A stretch of 64,000 nt of DNA, taken from Pocillopora damicornis (Eukaryota). The notes beneath the pieces were generated by a model that saw only the letters and a program-made list of their open reading frames with translations, ran no database searches and was not told where the DNA came from. The position numbers and the translations under genes were made by a program. The DNA lies in the NCBI RefSeq assembly GCF_003704095.1, contig NW_020845872.1, positions 1 through 64,000 of the forward strand. Reading direction: 5' to 3'. Below, piece by piece: positions 51,601 through 62,464 of this stretch (position 1 is the first letter of the stretch; each line of letters opens with the position of its first letter).

Positions 51601-54272
51601 TCATGATAATGCGCCGAAGAACGTCATGAACCAATTAGAAGAACCTTTGGTAACAAGCGTTGGATGTTTGCGAATAGTTTCTGATGTTATTAATTGCTGA
51701 TAAAACAAAAATTATCCTGACGGGTTAGACAGGGTCCACAAGCATTGTATTCTTAGGAGCAATCACAGAACTCTGCCATAGAAAGAAAAGCTTCTCATCT
51801 AACTTGTGCAATACACTTGCCAAAATTATCTTAGGGTACTGGTCGCACTGGAAGATGTCCAGTTAGTAAAAAATCAAGAAAGAATCCAAGGCCACAAGGA
51901 TAATGATGGACAACAGAGGAAAAGGAGAAAGCTCGACTGCGGTAAGTTGATAAGACTTGTTGCAAAAATACGGGACGCGGTAAGTGCCAACTGAACTGAA
52001 GTCGTTCATGTACCTCACGTTTGACGCGCAGTTGAATGTGAAGTAATCTAAGAACCTCTGTTGGTCGACAGAGTGATAGTTGTTGAGTCTGTTGAATGTA
52101 TATGGTCCTAGTTAAGTTTTCAGCGAAACCTTTTCTGTTAATCCTTTGAATTTTTTTTCTTTTATCTCTTAAAAGGAGACAATGTTTCGTGTGAGGAGCA
52201 AAGCGAAACTGACAACTCAAGAAGGCCTGCTAGAGTAAAGGTGAGTATACAATATTTGTTTAGCAAGGTGAGTCAAACTTTATTCGTAGAAGGTAACTAT
52301 TTGGCGTCATCTAGGTTAACACTGACTTTGCCTCCCTGGACAACTGCAAACGGCCAAATAATGGTTTGTTAAAGGTGCCTTTCAGAAATTCGAATACACA
52401 TTAGCACAGGCCTGCATGCTTGACACGCGCATGAAAAACTCGCGGAAAGCAAAGTTAATTAGAATGTTTGAGTTCGCTTATTGTCCGCCTATTCTAGTTT
52501 TTTCTCGTTACTTTTGATTGCTTTTTTTTGCATCATTTCTCATGAAATATATTGTACGTGTCGTGGTAATATGCCAGATCATGAAAGAATTTAAATGTTT
52601 GTGTCAGATATGTAGTGCCACTATTTGGACCGTGCGATCGACCTACTGCCTGCCTGGCTGTCTTTATGTTACTGTGTGTGTTTTCTTTCCTTTCAGGTCC
52701 AAGCGTACAATCAGAAGGCTTCTATTCTAGATGAACTGGGTCAGACCCATGATGCCTTGCATCAGTTGCATCTCAGTTTGGAGTGTTTAGCAGGTATTTT
52801 GTATAACCAGCATCAGGTGTGATGTTAAGTGTTTACTTTTGGCCTTTTCTTTAACGGTAGTGAGAATATGTGGTAAACAGAGGTATTGATGGAGTGAACA
52901 ATAATGGCTTCACAAATGGCGCCAGCTCTGACCAGAGTCTCACGAGCACCGTACTTCCCCATATCGAACCGGATAAACTTTCAGTATATTAAAAGAAAAG
53001 TTCAGTGCATATTACAGAGGTGGAGAGGGAAAGTCTGCTATACTGATGAGGCCTGGTAAAGCTAAAACGGTTCTCCGTGGCTGTTAAAATCTTGATTGAT
53101 TTTGATTTTGATCTCGTTCTTGGGCTCCTGAGTCTCGAACATGAACGCCTTATTGCGTGTTTTGTGGTCGCAGCTAGCCAACCCCAATAAGAGCGCTATT
53201 CGATTGAGTGTCGGCATGGTACAGAGAGCATAGTAACTTCCTTTCCTTTGAAAGGAAAGGAAAATTTGAACGCAGACTGAATTCGTTTAATCGACCGCGG
53301 GAAATTGCAAGAAACCAAGTCGCGACTTTTCCTTATTAGTCACAGAGCGCAGTAAAGGAAAAGCAATACAATCACGGATTTCTTTCAAAACTCAATTGGA
53401 AAATGCTCTAACTTTCCCACACTACAACTTTCCTTATTCTTTCAATTCGTTAGAACATCCTGAGACAGTTTATAAGCATACGCGGTTGCTCCTGAAGCTT
53501 GGTTCAAAGAAAGAAGCAGCACACAACTGGCTTCAATTCCGAGGTGTCCTTCTTCACTCGCACAAAGGGGACCTGGATTCCCTTTGGAAAGTACTCCAGT
53601 AAGCTTTTCACTCCTGAATCCTTTGATTATTTTATCCAGCAAGGGTACGGAATTGAAGAGTGAGTCCGTTGCGTAGTGTAGTGATTGTTTGAGAGGAAGA
53701 GATGGGACAGAGGTTTTTCCTTTAAACGAATTGTCGATAATACTGGTTTTCATGTGTTGGGCAAATCATAGACGATCGAGGATTTCACTGGTTCACGACC
53801 GTCTCAGATTTGTCCGACAAATGAAAACTCCGAAACCGTAGAGATCCCCGATTGTCTGGGATGGTCGGCGACAAATCGGGAACGTTACTATTTTTCCGAC
53901 GCGTCCCAGATTTCTGTGATGATCGGCGATCACTTCAAACTTCAATTTTTGCCGTTGGGGACGTTTTAGCTCGCAACCAGTCCTCTAGTTGCCTAGCTCT
54001 AGTACCCCCGTGTGACAAATAAAATTTAATATCCAAAGAATCTTGGACAAACATCTGACCATCTCTTGAAATATCAGCAAAATCTGGGTCGGTCGAGAAA
54101 CAGTGATAAATGAATGACAAAAAATTTTTTGTTTTTCAACAGTTCATCAACAACAAAGTTTCTGGAAAGTGACGTCAGCAACGAGCAAGTCCGAGAACTA
54201 GACGAGTTGATCTTGAATTGGTTGAGCGAGAATAAAGAGCAAAATGTCTTTTATCCACATGCCAGGGTTTAA
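42654..54272 (+). CDS. FANCG: Fanconi anemia group G-like TPR protein, about 19-20 exons (start exon tentative; alternative ATG near 44691)
   Basis: LDIKEWVIENDLLVNRLK and LERVQGLPP..YEQAVVYN resemble the FANCG N-terminus. TPR-like exons at 47974-48100, 48226-48373, 50254-50402, 50857-51042, 52697-52793 and 53454-53598. Last exon 54143-54272. Confidence 0.72.
43226..43545. mobile_element. Hairpin-type non-autonomous repeat in intron
   Basis: Inverted arms AACAATTATTCCA..TGGGTATGAG..ATAGTTAAC and GTTGGCTAT..CTCATATCCAA..TGGAATAATTGTT. Confidence 0.6.
49320..49810. repeat. Highly degenerate short-period tandem repeat (GACATCATTTACCGTC-like)
   Basis: Recurrent ACAT/ACGT-YATTT-CCGTC variants. 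This explains the low-quality ORF 49366-49767. Confidence 0.6.
51184..51510 (-). mobile_element. tRNA-containing short retro-element with 14-bp target-site duplication
   Basis: GAGACATCTACCGT at 51170-51183 and 51511-51524; internal tRNA-like unit and two pairs of inverted repeats. Confidence 0.85.
51254..51326 (-). tRNA. tRNA-like (pseudo-Thr, GGT) unit inside the repeat
   Basis: A box TAGCTCAGTTGG, B box GGTTCAAATCC, pairing acceptor stem GGCTTGT/ACGGGCC, loop CCGGTAT (C instead of U33), T7 terminator just downstream. Confidence 0.55.
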
Positions 54273-54719
54273 AACTCTATTCGAGCGAATGTTTTCATAG
54301 ATTTAAGAAACGTTCAGTTACGTCGTTAACAAAGATGCCATCTTCTAGCGTTGAAGATTATACCAAATTTGATGGATTGCTGTCAGGGCTACAGTGCATT
54401 TTGAAACAAAGATAAAGTTTAAGCCCGTTCTACAAGTCCTTCTGTAGGATTTGCACGTCTCAGTGGTTCATAAAGAATGAGAGACAGTGTTTCCGTTTAC
54501 CACGAAGAGTAGTTATGCTGTTGAGTGTTTGTTATCGTTTCTGTTGTGATAACTCAAATTATTTATTAGTACAAAGGCGATACAAGACCCAATAAAAATC
54601 ATAACTTCAAACTTGTGTTCTGCCGAGGGTTTTAACAATCATGATATAAGAAACATTATCAAAGTCTTTCTTTGTATAGGAATTTTGATTACTTGGCAAA
54701 TTTTACGTATCATAAACAG

Positions 54720-54960
54720 CCCAATCAGAATTCATGAAAGATCGCCTCTTTCTCGGAATCCTAAATTCCGAGAATGTGATTGAGTTTCCTAGAAACGTGA
54801 GTAACGCAGGAGCCCGTTACTTTGGTAATGGGCCCCTGACTGACGTCAATGTTTAATATGCCTCGATAACCAATCAGCTTGCAGATTAATCGCTTCACAG
54901 TAAGGTCATTCTGTCATGTAACTTGTTTTCCGCTCTAGAGTGAAAACTTTCTCAGAAATC
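54720..54960 (+). promoter_or_regulatory. TENT paralog A upstream region: 4 GAS (TTC-N3-GAA) sites, CRE, CCAAT boxes
   Basis: TTCTCGGAA 54750, TTCCGAGAA 54766, TTCCTAGAA 54786, TTCTCAGAA 54949; TGACGTCA 54841; CCAATCAG 54721 and 54870. Confidence 0.65.
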
Positions 54961-55096
54961 TGTCGTGTGTTTCACGCAGTTAGTAGTTAACATTTGGTTT
55001 GGTTGAAAGTCAACAACTAAAGGAATTAGGCAGGCTGCCGCATTAAGCTCTAATTTCGTCACTGCATGGTTTACGATATTAGCAGGTTGAACGTTC

Positions 55097-57587
55097 ATGG
55101 CTAGTTTCAACTTCAGCTCGAGAGGTGATCATTATCATCAACTAAGCGCACAAATTCAGCAAAAGTTTCAGGATAATCGTCAAACGAGTGAAGTATTTGA
55201 TCGGAAGAATCGATGGAGAAAGGAAATTGAAGACTTAGTGAAGACCCTTTACCCGTCATGTCGACTCGTTCTTTCCGGCTCGTCCGCAAACGGGTTTGGC
55301 AGCATTCATAGTGATATCGACCTGGTTTTGTGCTTTGAAGGGGCAGCAGTGACTGGACCTTCCATGTTGAGGAGAATAGAGTCGCTTTTTGCGAGTAACC
55401 GTCGTCGTTTTCAAACAGAGGTAGTACCACACCTTATGTGAGTTGCATAATTTTTATAAATAATACGAGCAATCAGGAAAATATCCGCTCGTATAATGCA
55501 TAAAACCATGAGATAAGGGACTTGTTATTCCCCTGCCATTTCATTTTATAATATTTTGACTTCCAGTTTTTTTAAATACATACGGTCTAATCTTGTGCAC
55601 TGTATGGATCACATAACGCGTGTGTGAAAGACGAAGGCAACACAAACGAAACCATTAAGAGTTCTTGATGACTTATAAAAGAAACTGTTGCCCCTAATAG
55701 TTCCATGCACGAAATTTCGAGCCTAAAACACGGAAACAAATAAAAGATTGAATCGTTTAGCCGGGGGCCATTTTGTTACTCCGCTTTCAGTCCGCATTTT
55801 TGCCCCGTGCCATCGCATATTTTGCGGGTTCTATGGTCCTTATTTGGTGAAATGGTGTAACTGTCGAAGAGTATGTAATAGTATTTGAGCACAGCTTGAA
55901 TGTCCGCGACTAAGACAATCAGATTCCTACGTAAGATATGCATGACAAACTAGTACGTCGTGTCTTTTCCCGCGTTTTGAAACACTTTAGATTATGATTT
56001 AATTTTTTGTTTGTGGGTTTCCTCTATAAAGCATCAAAAATGACTCAGGGGGAGATCAAAGAAAAAAACTGGTTCTTCTCTTTCGTCATATTGATCAGAA
56101 TTTTTAATTCGAAGCTTCCTCAACGTGTCTTTCACTTCGGTTTCTACCGATCCCGAGGTTAGATTGTGCTTTAATCTTTAACCTAATTGGCATACGCAAG
56201 AGAATATCAAAAGTTGATGTTCTCTCGGCAAACGATATAATTTTTATTAAAACCAATTTCAAGATGGTGTCAGCGCCGAGTGAGAGATATTTTTGATTGA
56301 AAAAAAAAAACTAGACAAGTAAACATTTGATATGCAGCAGTAAATTTTTTTAAAGTCAACTTTGAATTTTGAACAATCCCCAGGTGATTCCAAACGCACG
56401 AGTTCCTATCATCAAGCTCAAAGATAGGGAGAAATCAATTGAAACTGATATCAGTGTGGAAAATTGGACCAGTGTGAGAAACGCCTTCGTTCTAAAATGT
56501 TACTCCGAGTGTGACACAAGGGTGAGACCGCTGGTCATGGTCATCAAACTGTGGGCTCAACGTGCAGGAATCACCGATGCAAAACTCAAAAGACTTGCAG
56601 GTACGAAATCTGCCGATTGTTAAAAAAGTGGCGGATTTGAGGTTGAATAAAGGGGGTTAATTTCTAGAGAAAATTTTGGTGCTGCGTGGGGGGATCTTTC
56701 AAGACAATTTGGTGTCATCAACCGAATTGACATTATAAACTGGCCACCGTAAAGAGTTTCTTTTGCTAACGCTTGCAACGTCAGCTATATTAAACTCTTA
56801 ACGGTGGTCAATTTACATTATCAACGCAGTTGATAAAACCACATGATCTGATGAAAGGTTGACTGGTTTGACTCGTTTACAAGCTCAATAATACAAATAA
56901 AAAAAAAGTCCCTTCATTTTAGTTTAGTTATGTGTAGCTTTTCACATATCACGATGCGAGTAACATATGACTGACTCTTACAAGACAGGCAGACATGTAA
57001 AGCTTGTAACTTAGACCAAAACGCGTAAGAGAGAGAAAAATGAAAATTTACAGAAACTAAACAGGAAAAAAGTATAAACTGGTCTACCTTTGAGCTGCTA
57101 GGATCTCCTTTTATATGTCGATTCTTCTTAATATTTAGGTTTCGCCGTGGTTCTTTTGGTAATCCATTATCTTCAAGCAGGATGCTCCCCTGCTGTTGTG
57201 CCTGCCTTGCAACAAATGTTCCCTGCGGTCTTCCAAGCTTCTAACAGTGTGATCATTGACAAGCTTACCTCAGATATTCCTGCTGAAATACAAGCCTTCA
57301 GTTCCGATAACAAGCAGAGTCTTGGTGAGCTTCTGGTTGGCTTCTTTCAGTACTTCTCCACCTTTAACTGGAGTAGAACCATGTCGATTCGTTCTGGAAA
57401 TACCCGACCGACTTCGACGTACGACAAGATATGGCGGGGACCTTACATTCGCCTAGAAGATCCCTCAGATGGGGGTAACGTCACCAGATCCGTGTATGAT
57501 TCCTACGAGTTCTCACGCATAAAGAGTGCGTTCAGTAGCGCTCTCTCGAAGTTGAGAAGCAATCCGTCTTTGGAAGAAATCTTGTAG
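55097..57587 (+). CDS. Cid1/GLD-2-family terminal nucleotidyltransferase, paralog A, 329 aa (exons 55097-55420, 56384-56600, 57139-57587)
   Basis: SGSSANGFGSIHSDIDL, ARVPIIKL, third Asp in ETDISV, D.RVRPLV..IKLWAQ, PAP-associated domain SLGELLVGFFQYF..IRLEDP. Confidence 0.92.
56648..56842. mobile_element. Decayed copy of the palindromic Penelope-derived element
   Basis: Homologous to 31523-31769 (TAAAGGGGTTAA..TGGTGCT; CCACCGTAAAGAG..CTCTTAACGGTGG); hammerhead core partly deleted. Confidence 0.6.
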
Positions 57588-58137
57588 GAATCCGAAGAAG
57601 AAACTGACGTAGATCCCTACATTGTTCCAACTAATTTCAATTTTTGCCTTACACAGTAAAAACTCGCTAAAAAACCCTAATTTTGCTATTAGAAACTAAA
57701 TAAGTTCTTCACTAGAGCCATTTTCGTGTTCAGAAAACTAGAGAAAAATAAGGTTACTGAAACTGCTTAGAGTTACAATGTGAAAACTTTAGATGTCATT
57801 TACAGGAATAATATGGGAGAATGACATTGTGAATTGAATGGAAGAATGGAAAAAGAAAAGAAAAGAGAAGAAAAAACGATAGAGAAATGGTTGAAGCTGC
57901 TGGGGCTCGAACTATAGATCTTCGGAATTAACAGGAGTACGCACTCACTATCTATTGTGCTAGGTACGCAAAGCGTACATAAGTATTGTATCAAAATACA
58001 TTTGATACACATTTTATACATGGATCTTTTCTATGAATTTCCCACCCTGTCCCTAGCCCGTGAATTGACCAGTATACAAACTCTGTTCTAACCAAGTCCT
58101 CCTTTTGACAAATTTTGGCATCGACGAAAGCTGTTTC

Positions 58138-58274
58138 AATAACCTGTTCATTAACCTGTTCATTAAACTGTTCATTAACTTGTTCATTAACCTGTTCATT
58201 AACCTGTTCATTAACCTGTTCATTAACCTGTTCATTAACCTGTTCATTAACCTGTTCATTAACCTTTTCATTAA
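58138..58274. repeat. 12-bp tandem repeat (TTAACCTGTTCA) x about 11
   Basis: Direct inspection; no spacers. Confidence 0.95.
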
Positions 58275-59299
58275 ACATCTACCTCATTAAAAATGAGGTG
58301 CATGTTACACCTCATTTCTTTCTTACCGCAATACTCTACAACCATACAACAATAGGTACATGCAGTCATAGATTGCCTTTTATTTTAAAAGCAGCACTTC
58401 TACCACTTACAAGGCCTTCGAGACACTGTTTCTGAGTAAACTGAGTTAAGCTCATTCTTTTTCTTGACTTGATGTTACTGTTCTGAGTTCAAGTTCGTAA
58501 TTAACTTTATATAAAGCTAGAAGCTGTTTCGTCGTTAACAGAAGTCTGGAGACCTTCAAAATGTAAACTTTGATACCAATTTTTGCATCAACAAATAAAT
58601 TATCTTTGTTTTCATCCATACCCATATTGTTGATATCGTTAATGGATTAATAAATTTTCATCAGCGTGTGGTAATCATTCTAAGTTTGCAATCAACGTGG
58701 TCGGTTGAAATAAACAAAGCAGTTCATGTATTATGTAAACTATCACAGACAGACCCTAGCCGTTAAGCTACAGCGTATTCCCCGACGGGGAAACAGTGCT
58801 AACAAATCATGAAAAAATTTAGGTGTAATCATAAAGTTCTGGAAGAACTTAACAAAAGAAAAACCGAACTAAGTTGTTGTTTCATTTGGTCGTTCTTTTG
58901 AAAATCTCATTGATCATTCAGTTTTAATATAAAAAAGAATAAAGTAAACTCGGCATTAATGTTGGAGGAATGTGAGGACTCCATTTGAAAATTTACGTAA
59001 AGAAAATACGTAGTATTTGGTATATTGGTTTAATTAAATAAACTATCTGAATAACATTTTAAACAAAACACCCTCAAAAAAAGGTTACATAGGTCTGCAA
59101 TGCATACTTGTGTTTTATACAGCTGTCACTCCCTTGGTTAATCGCACAAAGACTTGAATTATCGGCTATTTTTTTTTTATTACGTGTATCAAAAGCTTTT
59201 ACTGGCATAAAAGTAACGTTTGATCTACTAAGTTTTGAAAGACAACTTTAAATACTTAAACCATTCATCCCCTTCACTTTAGGATGCGATCGTTTTAGC

Positions 59300-60827
59300 T
59301 TAAAAAATGTCTTGTAGAGATGCCTTCTGTTCCAGCTGAGTTGAGGCAGATTGAAAGGCATTCTTTATGCGTGTGAATTCGCTCGAGTTATACACGCCCC
59401 TTGTGACATTTCCTTCGTCTGTCGGATCTTCCAGCTTAATATAGGGCCCACTCCAAACTCTTCCATACCGTGAAGTTGGCTGAGTATTTCCCATTCGAAC
59501 AGATATGGTTTTTTTCCAATCAAAAGAGGAGTAGTACTTGAAAAACTCGATCAGCAACTCACCAACGTTTTGCGTGTTCTTGGATTTGTGTGACTTTACT
59601 TGGGGAGGAGCGCTGCCGGTGAGTTTTGATATGACATCATTTTCTGTTGATCGGAAGAGCTCTGGGAAATCTTTTTGGAGCGAGGGGAGGACAGGGGGAG
59701 AACATCCGGCTTGTAGGTAATTAATGACAAGTAGCACAACTGCAAAACCTGTGGACCAAAAAATTGAGCTATAGTGAGATATTAAACCTTTACCATGGAA
59801 TAATTAAATCAAGCACAAGTTTTAATGAAAAAATATTGCAAAATACCAGGGATTTAATAGTCTTCATCCTGACTTCCACAATAAAAGGTACATTTCCTAC
59901 CAAATTAGGATGCAGCCTCACCCTCCCCCCTGCCCTCTTCTTGGTATTAGAAGGGCACTTACGAAATTGGTAAGAAACGTAGTCGGTGAAGAAAGAAATA
60001 AACTTATTACGAGGAAAATTATAAAGCCGTCCGTGGTTTCTTAGAGGTAATTCGATAAATTTTCCAACAATGAATACAAGTTCATCTATATCGGTGTAAA
60101 AAGCATAACGAATAGAAAAATATCTTTCTCAGGCATTACCAGCAAGTCGGTGTAATCTTGCGTTGGTAATCTCAGCCTTCTGAGCCCACAGTCTGATAAT
60201 GACAACCAGAGGTTTCACTCTTGGATCGCACTCGGAGTAACATTTCAAAAGGAAAGCGTTGCGAACATTTGCCCAGTTGTTGACGGAGATGTCAGATTCA
60301 AAAGACTTTTCCTTGTCTTTGAGTTTTATGATTGGAATTCTAGCGTCGGTGATCACCTGCAAAAGTTATGTTAGCCTTCGTAAATGTTAAAACACTTCGT
60401 TACACATAGCTTCACTTTAATTAATATTTAATTAAAGTTTGCATAATTAATCTTTTTCAAAAAGGCTTTCTCAGCGAGACAGTGATATTGTCTCAATAGA
60501 TTGAAAAGACCTCACCCTTGTTTCAAAGCGTCTGGGTGTCCTGGTGAAAAGCGATTCTATTCTTCTTAACATGTAAGTTTCTGCATCTTCCCTGCTTTTA
60601 GCAGTCAAAATGAGATCGATGTCGCTATCAGTGCTTCCGAATCCGTTGGCAGAAGACCCGCACAACACAAGGCGACAGCTAGGATAAAGCTCTTGGATAA
60701 TAAGCTCCATTTCCCGCCGCCATGAGTCCTTTTGATCATAAATTTTTGGCGTTTGTTGGTTTGCTGAAAATTTCTCTTGAATCTGACAGCTCAATTGAGC
60801 GTCTCTATCAGTGTTTTCATTAGCCAT
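59300..60827 (-). CDS. Cid1/GLD-2-family terminal nucleotidyltransferase, paralog B, 325 aa (exons 60827-60516, 60356-60140, 59748-59300)
   Basis: CGSSANGFGSTDSDIDL, ARIPIIKL, ESDISV, IKLEDP. Intron positions and exon 2/3 sizes (217, 449) are identical to paralog A. Confidence 0.92.
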
Positions 60828-60914
60828 AATTATCGACCCAAATCTGAGTGAAAATGAATGAAAAATAAGCCCTCGGGTGACCACAAAGTTGTTGCTTACT
60901 AGAGAATTTGTGTT

Positions 60915-61015
60915 TACTTCGACGAAGTTTCAAACGTTTTCTAAGAAAACGCAATATCATCCGTAAACAATAAAATTCCCAGAAATGCCGCGCATTGTTA
61001 ATTGTGATTGGTCCA
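60915..61015 (-). promoter_or_regulatory. TENT paralog B upstream region: 3 GAS (TTC-N3-GAA) sites and a CCAAT box
   Basis: TTCGACGAA 60918, TTCTAAGAA 60939, TTCCCAGAA 60976; ATTGG near 61007. Confidence 0.6.
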
Positions 61016-61346
61016 TTACTATGTAAATTCTGACATCCTGTTTACAGAGTGTTCTAGAGTTTAATTCATTACTCGAACTCACCCGCTGAAAATGCTTAAT
61101 AAATTCAGGTTATTGTTCTTTACCCGCTCTGACATTAGCAAAATAATTAAAATAATTTAGGTAACGATTAGGAATATCAATTTTAAAAGTATTCAGTCAA
61201 TGAGTCTGAAACAGTACGAGGAAATATGACATCCTTTTTGGTGGTTTTAACGTGCTGTGGCTGTCACCATATCCTCAATTGCGAACAGTTTTACATGGAA
61301 GAATAACACTAGACATTCTAAACAACTCTATCCGTCATCAGAGATA

Positions 61347-61660
61347 CAGTGGAATCTGTATTAAGCGGTCGCTTGTTAAAGTCCCGAAATTTTTCCTCTC
61401 TAAATACGTCAATTTTCACTTTAATCTCTCGAGTCAAATTAGTATTCCATGTTTATCTCCCGAAATCGATGCTAGCACTGTGAATTCAAGTATCCTCAAT
61501 ACTTTGTAGGTCATCTTTCTACTATGGACTGTTAGGACAAATGTGACACACGAACATCACACAAGCTATTTGCGGATCAACTTGTATTGAGTCCGTAAAC
61601 CTGTAATAAACGGTCACCTGGCCATTCCCTTAGGGAAACCGCTTAGTACAGGTTCGACTG
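61347..61660. mobile_element. Tc1/mariner-pogo-type MITE with TA target-site duplication
   Basis: TA|CAGTGGAATCTGTATTAAGCGG ... CCGCTTAGTACAGGTTCGACTG|TA. Confidence 0.8.
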
Positions 61661-62464
61661 TAACTTTCATCGAATATTTAAATCTTACTCGGATAAAATG
61701 TTTATTACTGAGAATTAGAAAATCAGTTTCGAACTCTTCATTCTTAATTAACGCTGCGAAATTTGAAAGAACGAAAGTTGAATCAAGACCTTCACTTTGA
61801 TTATCGTTTGGTTTGCTGTCTGGTGTTTGATAAACGACTTTTTTTTTACAAACCTATTAACTATGATATTTAAGATTAACAAAAGTCAAATTGTGCGCTG
61901 CACCACAATGAATTGCCCAGACTTTATTCGTCTCCCTTATGTAATCATAGGAACTTACTCAAGTTACTTCAGTGAGGTCAGACATACCAAATACAAGTGA
62001 AGAGGCACTGGCCCGCTTCAACTAAACACGTTTACTCAGCATTTACAAAAAGATACTAAAGTAAGACGGAAAAATTAATTATAGAGATACAACGAGACAA
62101 AACTTACCAAATGATGAGGGAAATACTGGAAGGACGACACAATCGGGATTTAGAGAGAAGGAAAAAAACACAAACTGCTAGAAGGGGCGTGAAACATGAA
62201 GTATATGGGGCGGCGGGATTTACATAAGGCAAAACAGTAGTGAAAAAACGAAAAGAGTAAGCGTAAATTAATGGGTGCTAGATAAATAACATATGTGATT
62301 ATATTATATAATATATAGCAACAAGACTGTTGCTATATATTACAAAATTTCAATTGAATTAATCATAATAATATGAATAGCAATTATGTTTCGAGTCGAA
62401 ATTGATTTCGTTGTGATTGAGTAGTTTATCTCAAAGTGTACTTATTTATCTGATGAGATGTAAA

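Noticed and set aside
58138-58274. CRISPR array, or real NEQV/MNRL/LTCS repeat proteins
   Set aside because: Contiguous 12-bp units without spacers in eukaryotic DNA. The multiple overlapping ORFs are a by-product of the repeat.
55097-60827. Assigning the symbol TENT2 or TUT4/7
   Set aside because: The recognition loop and SSY motif match neither family exactly; orthology needs a phylogeny.
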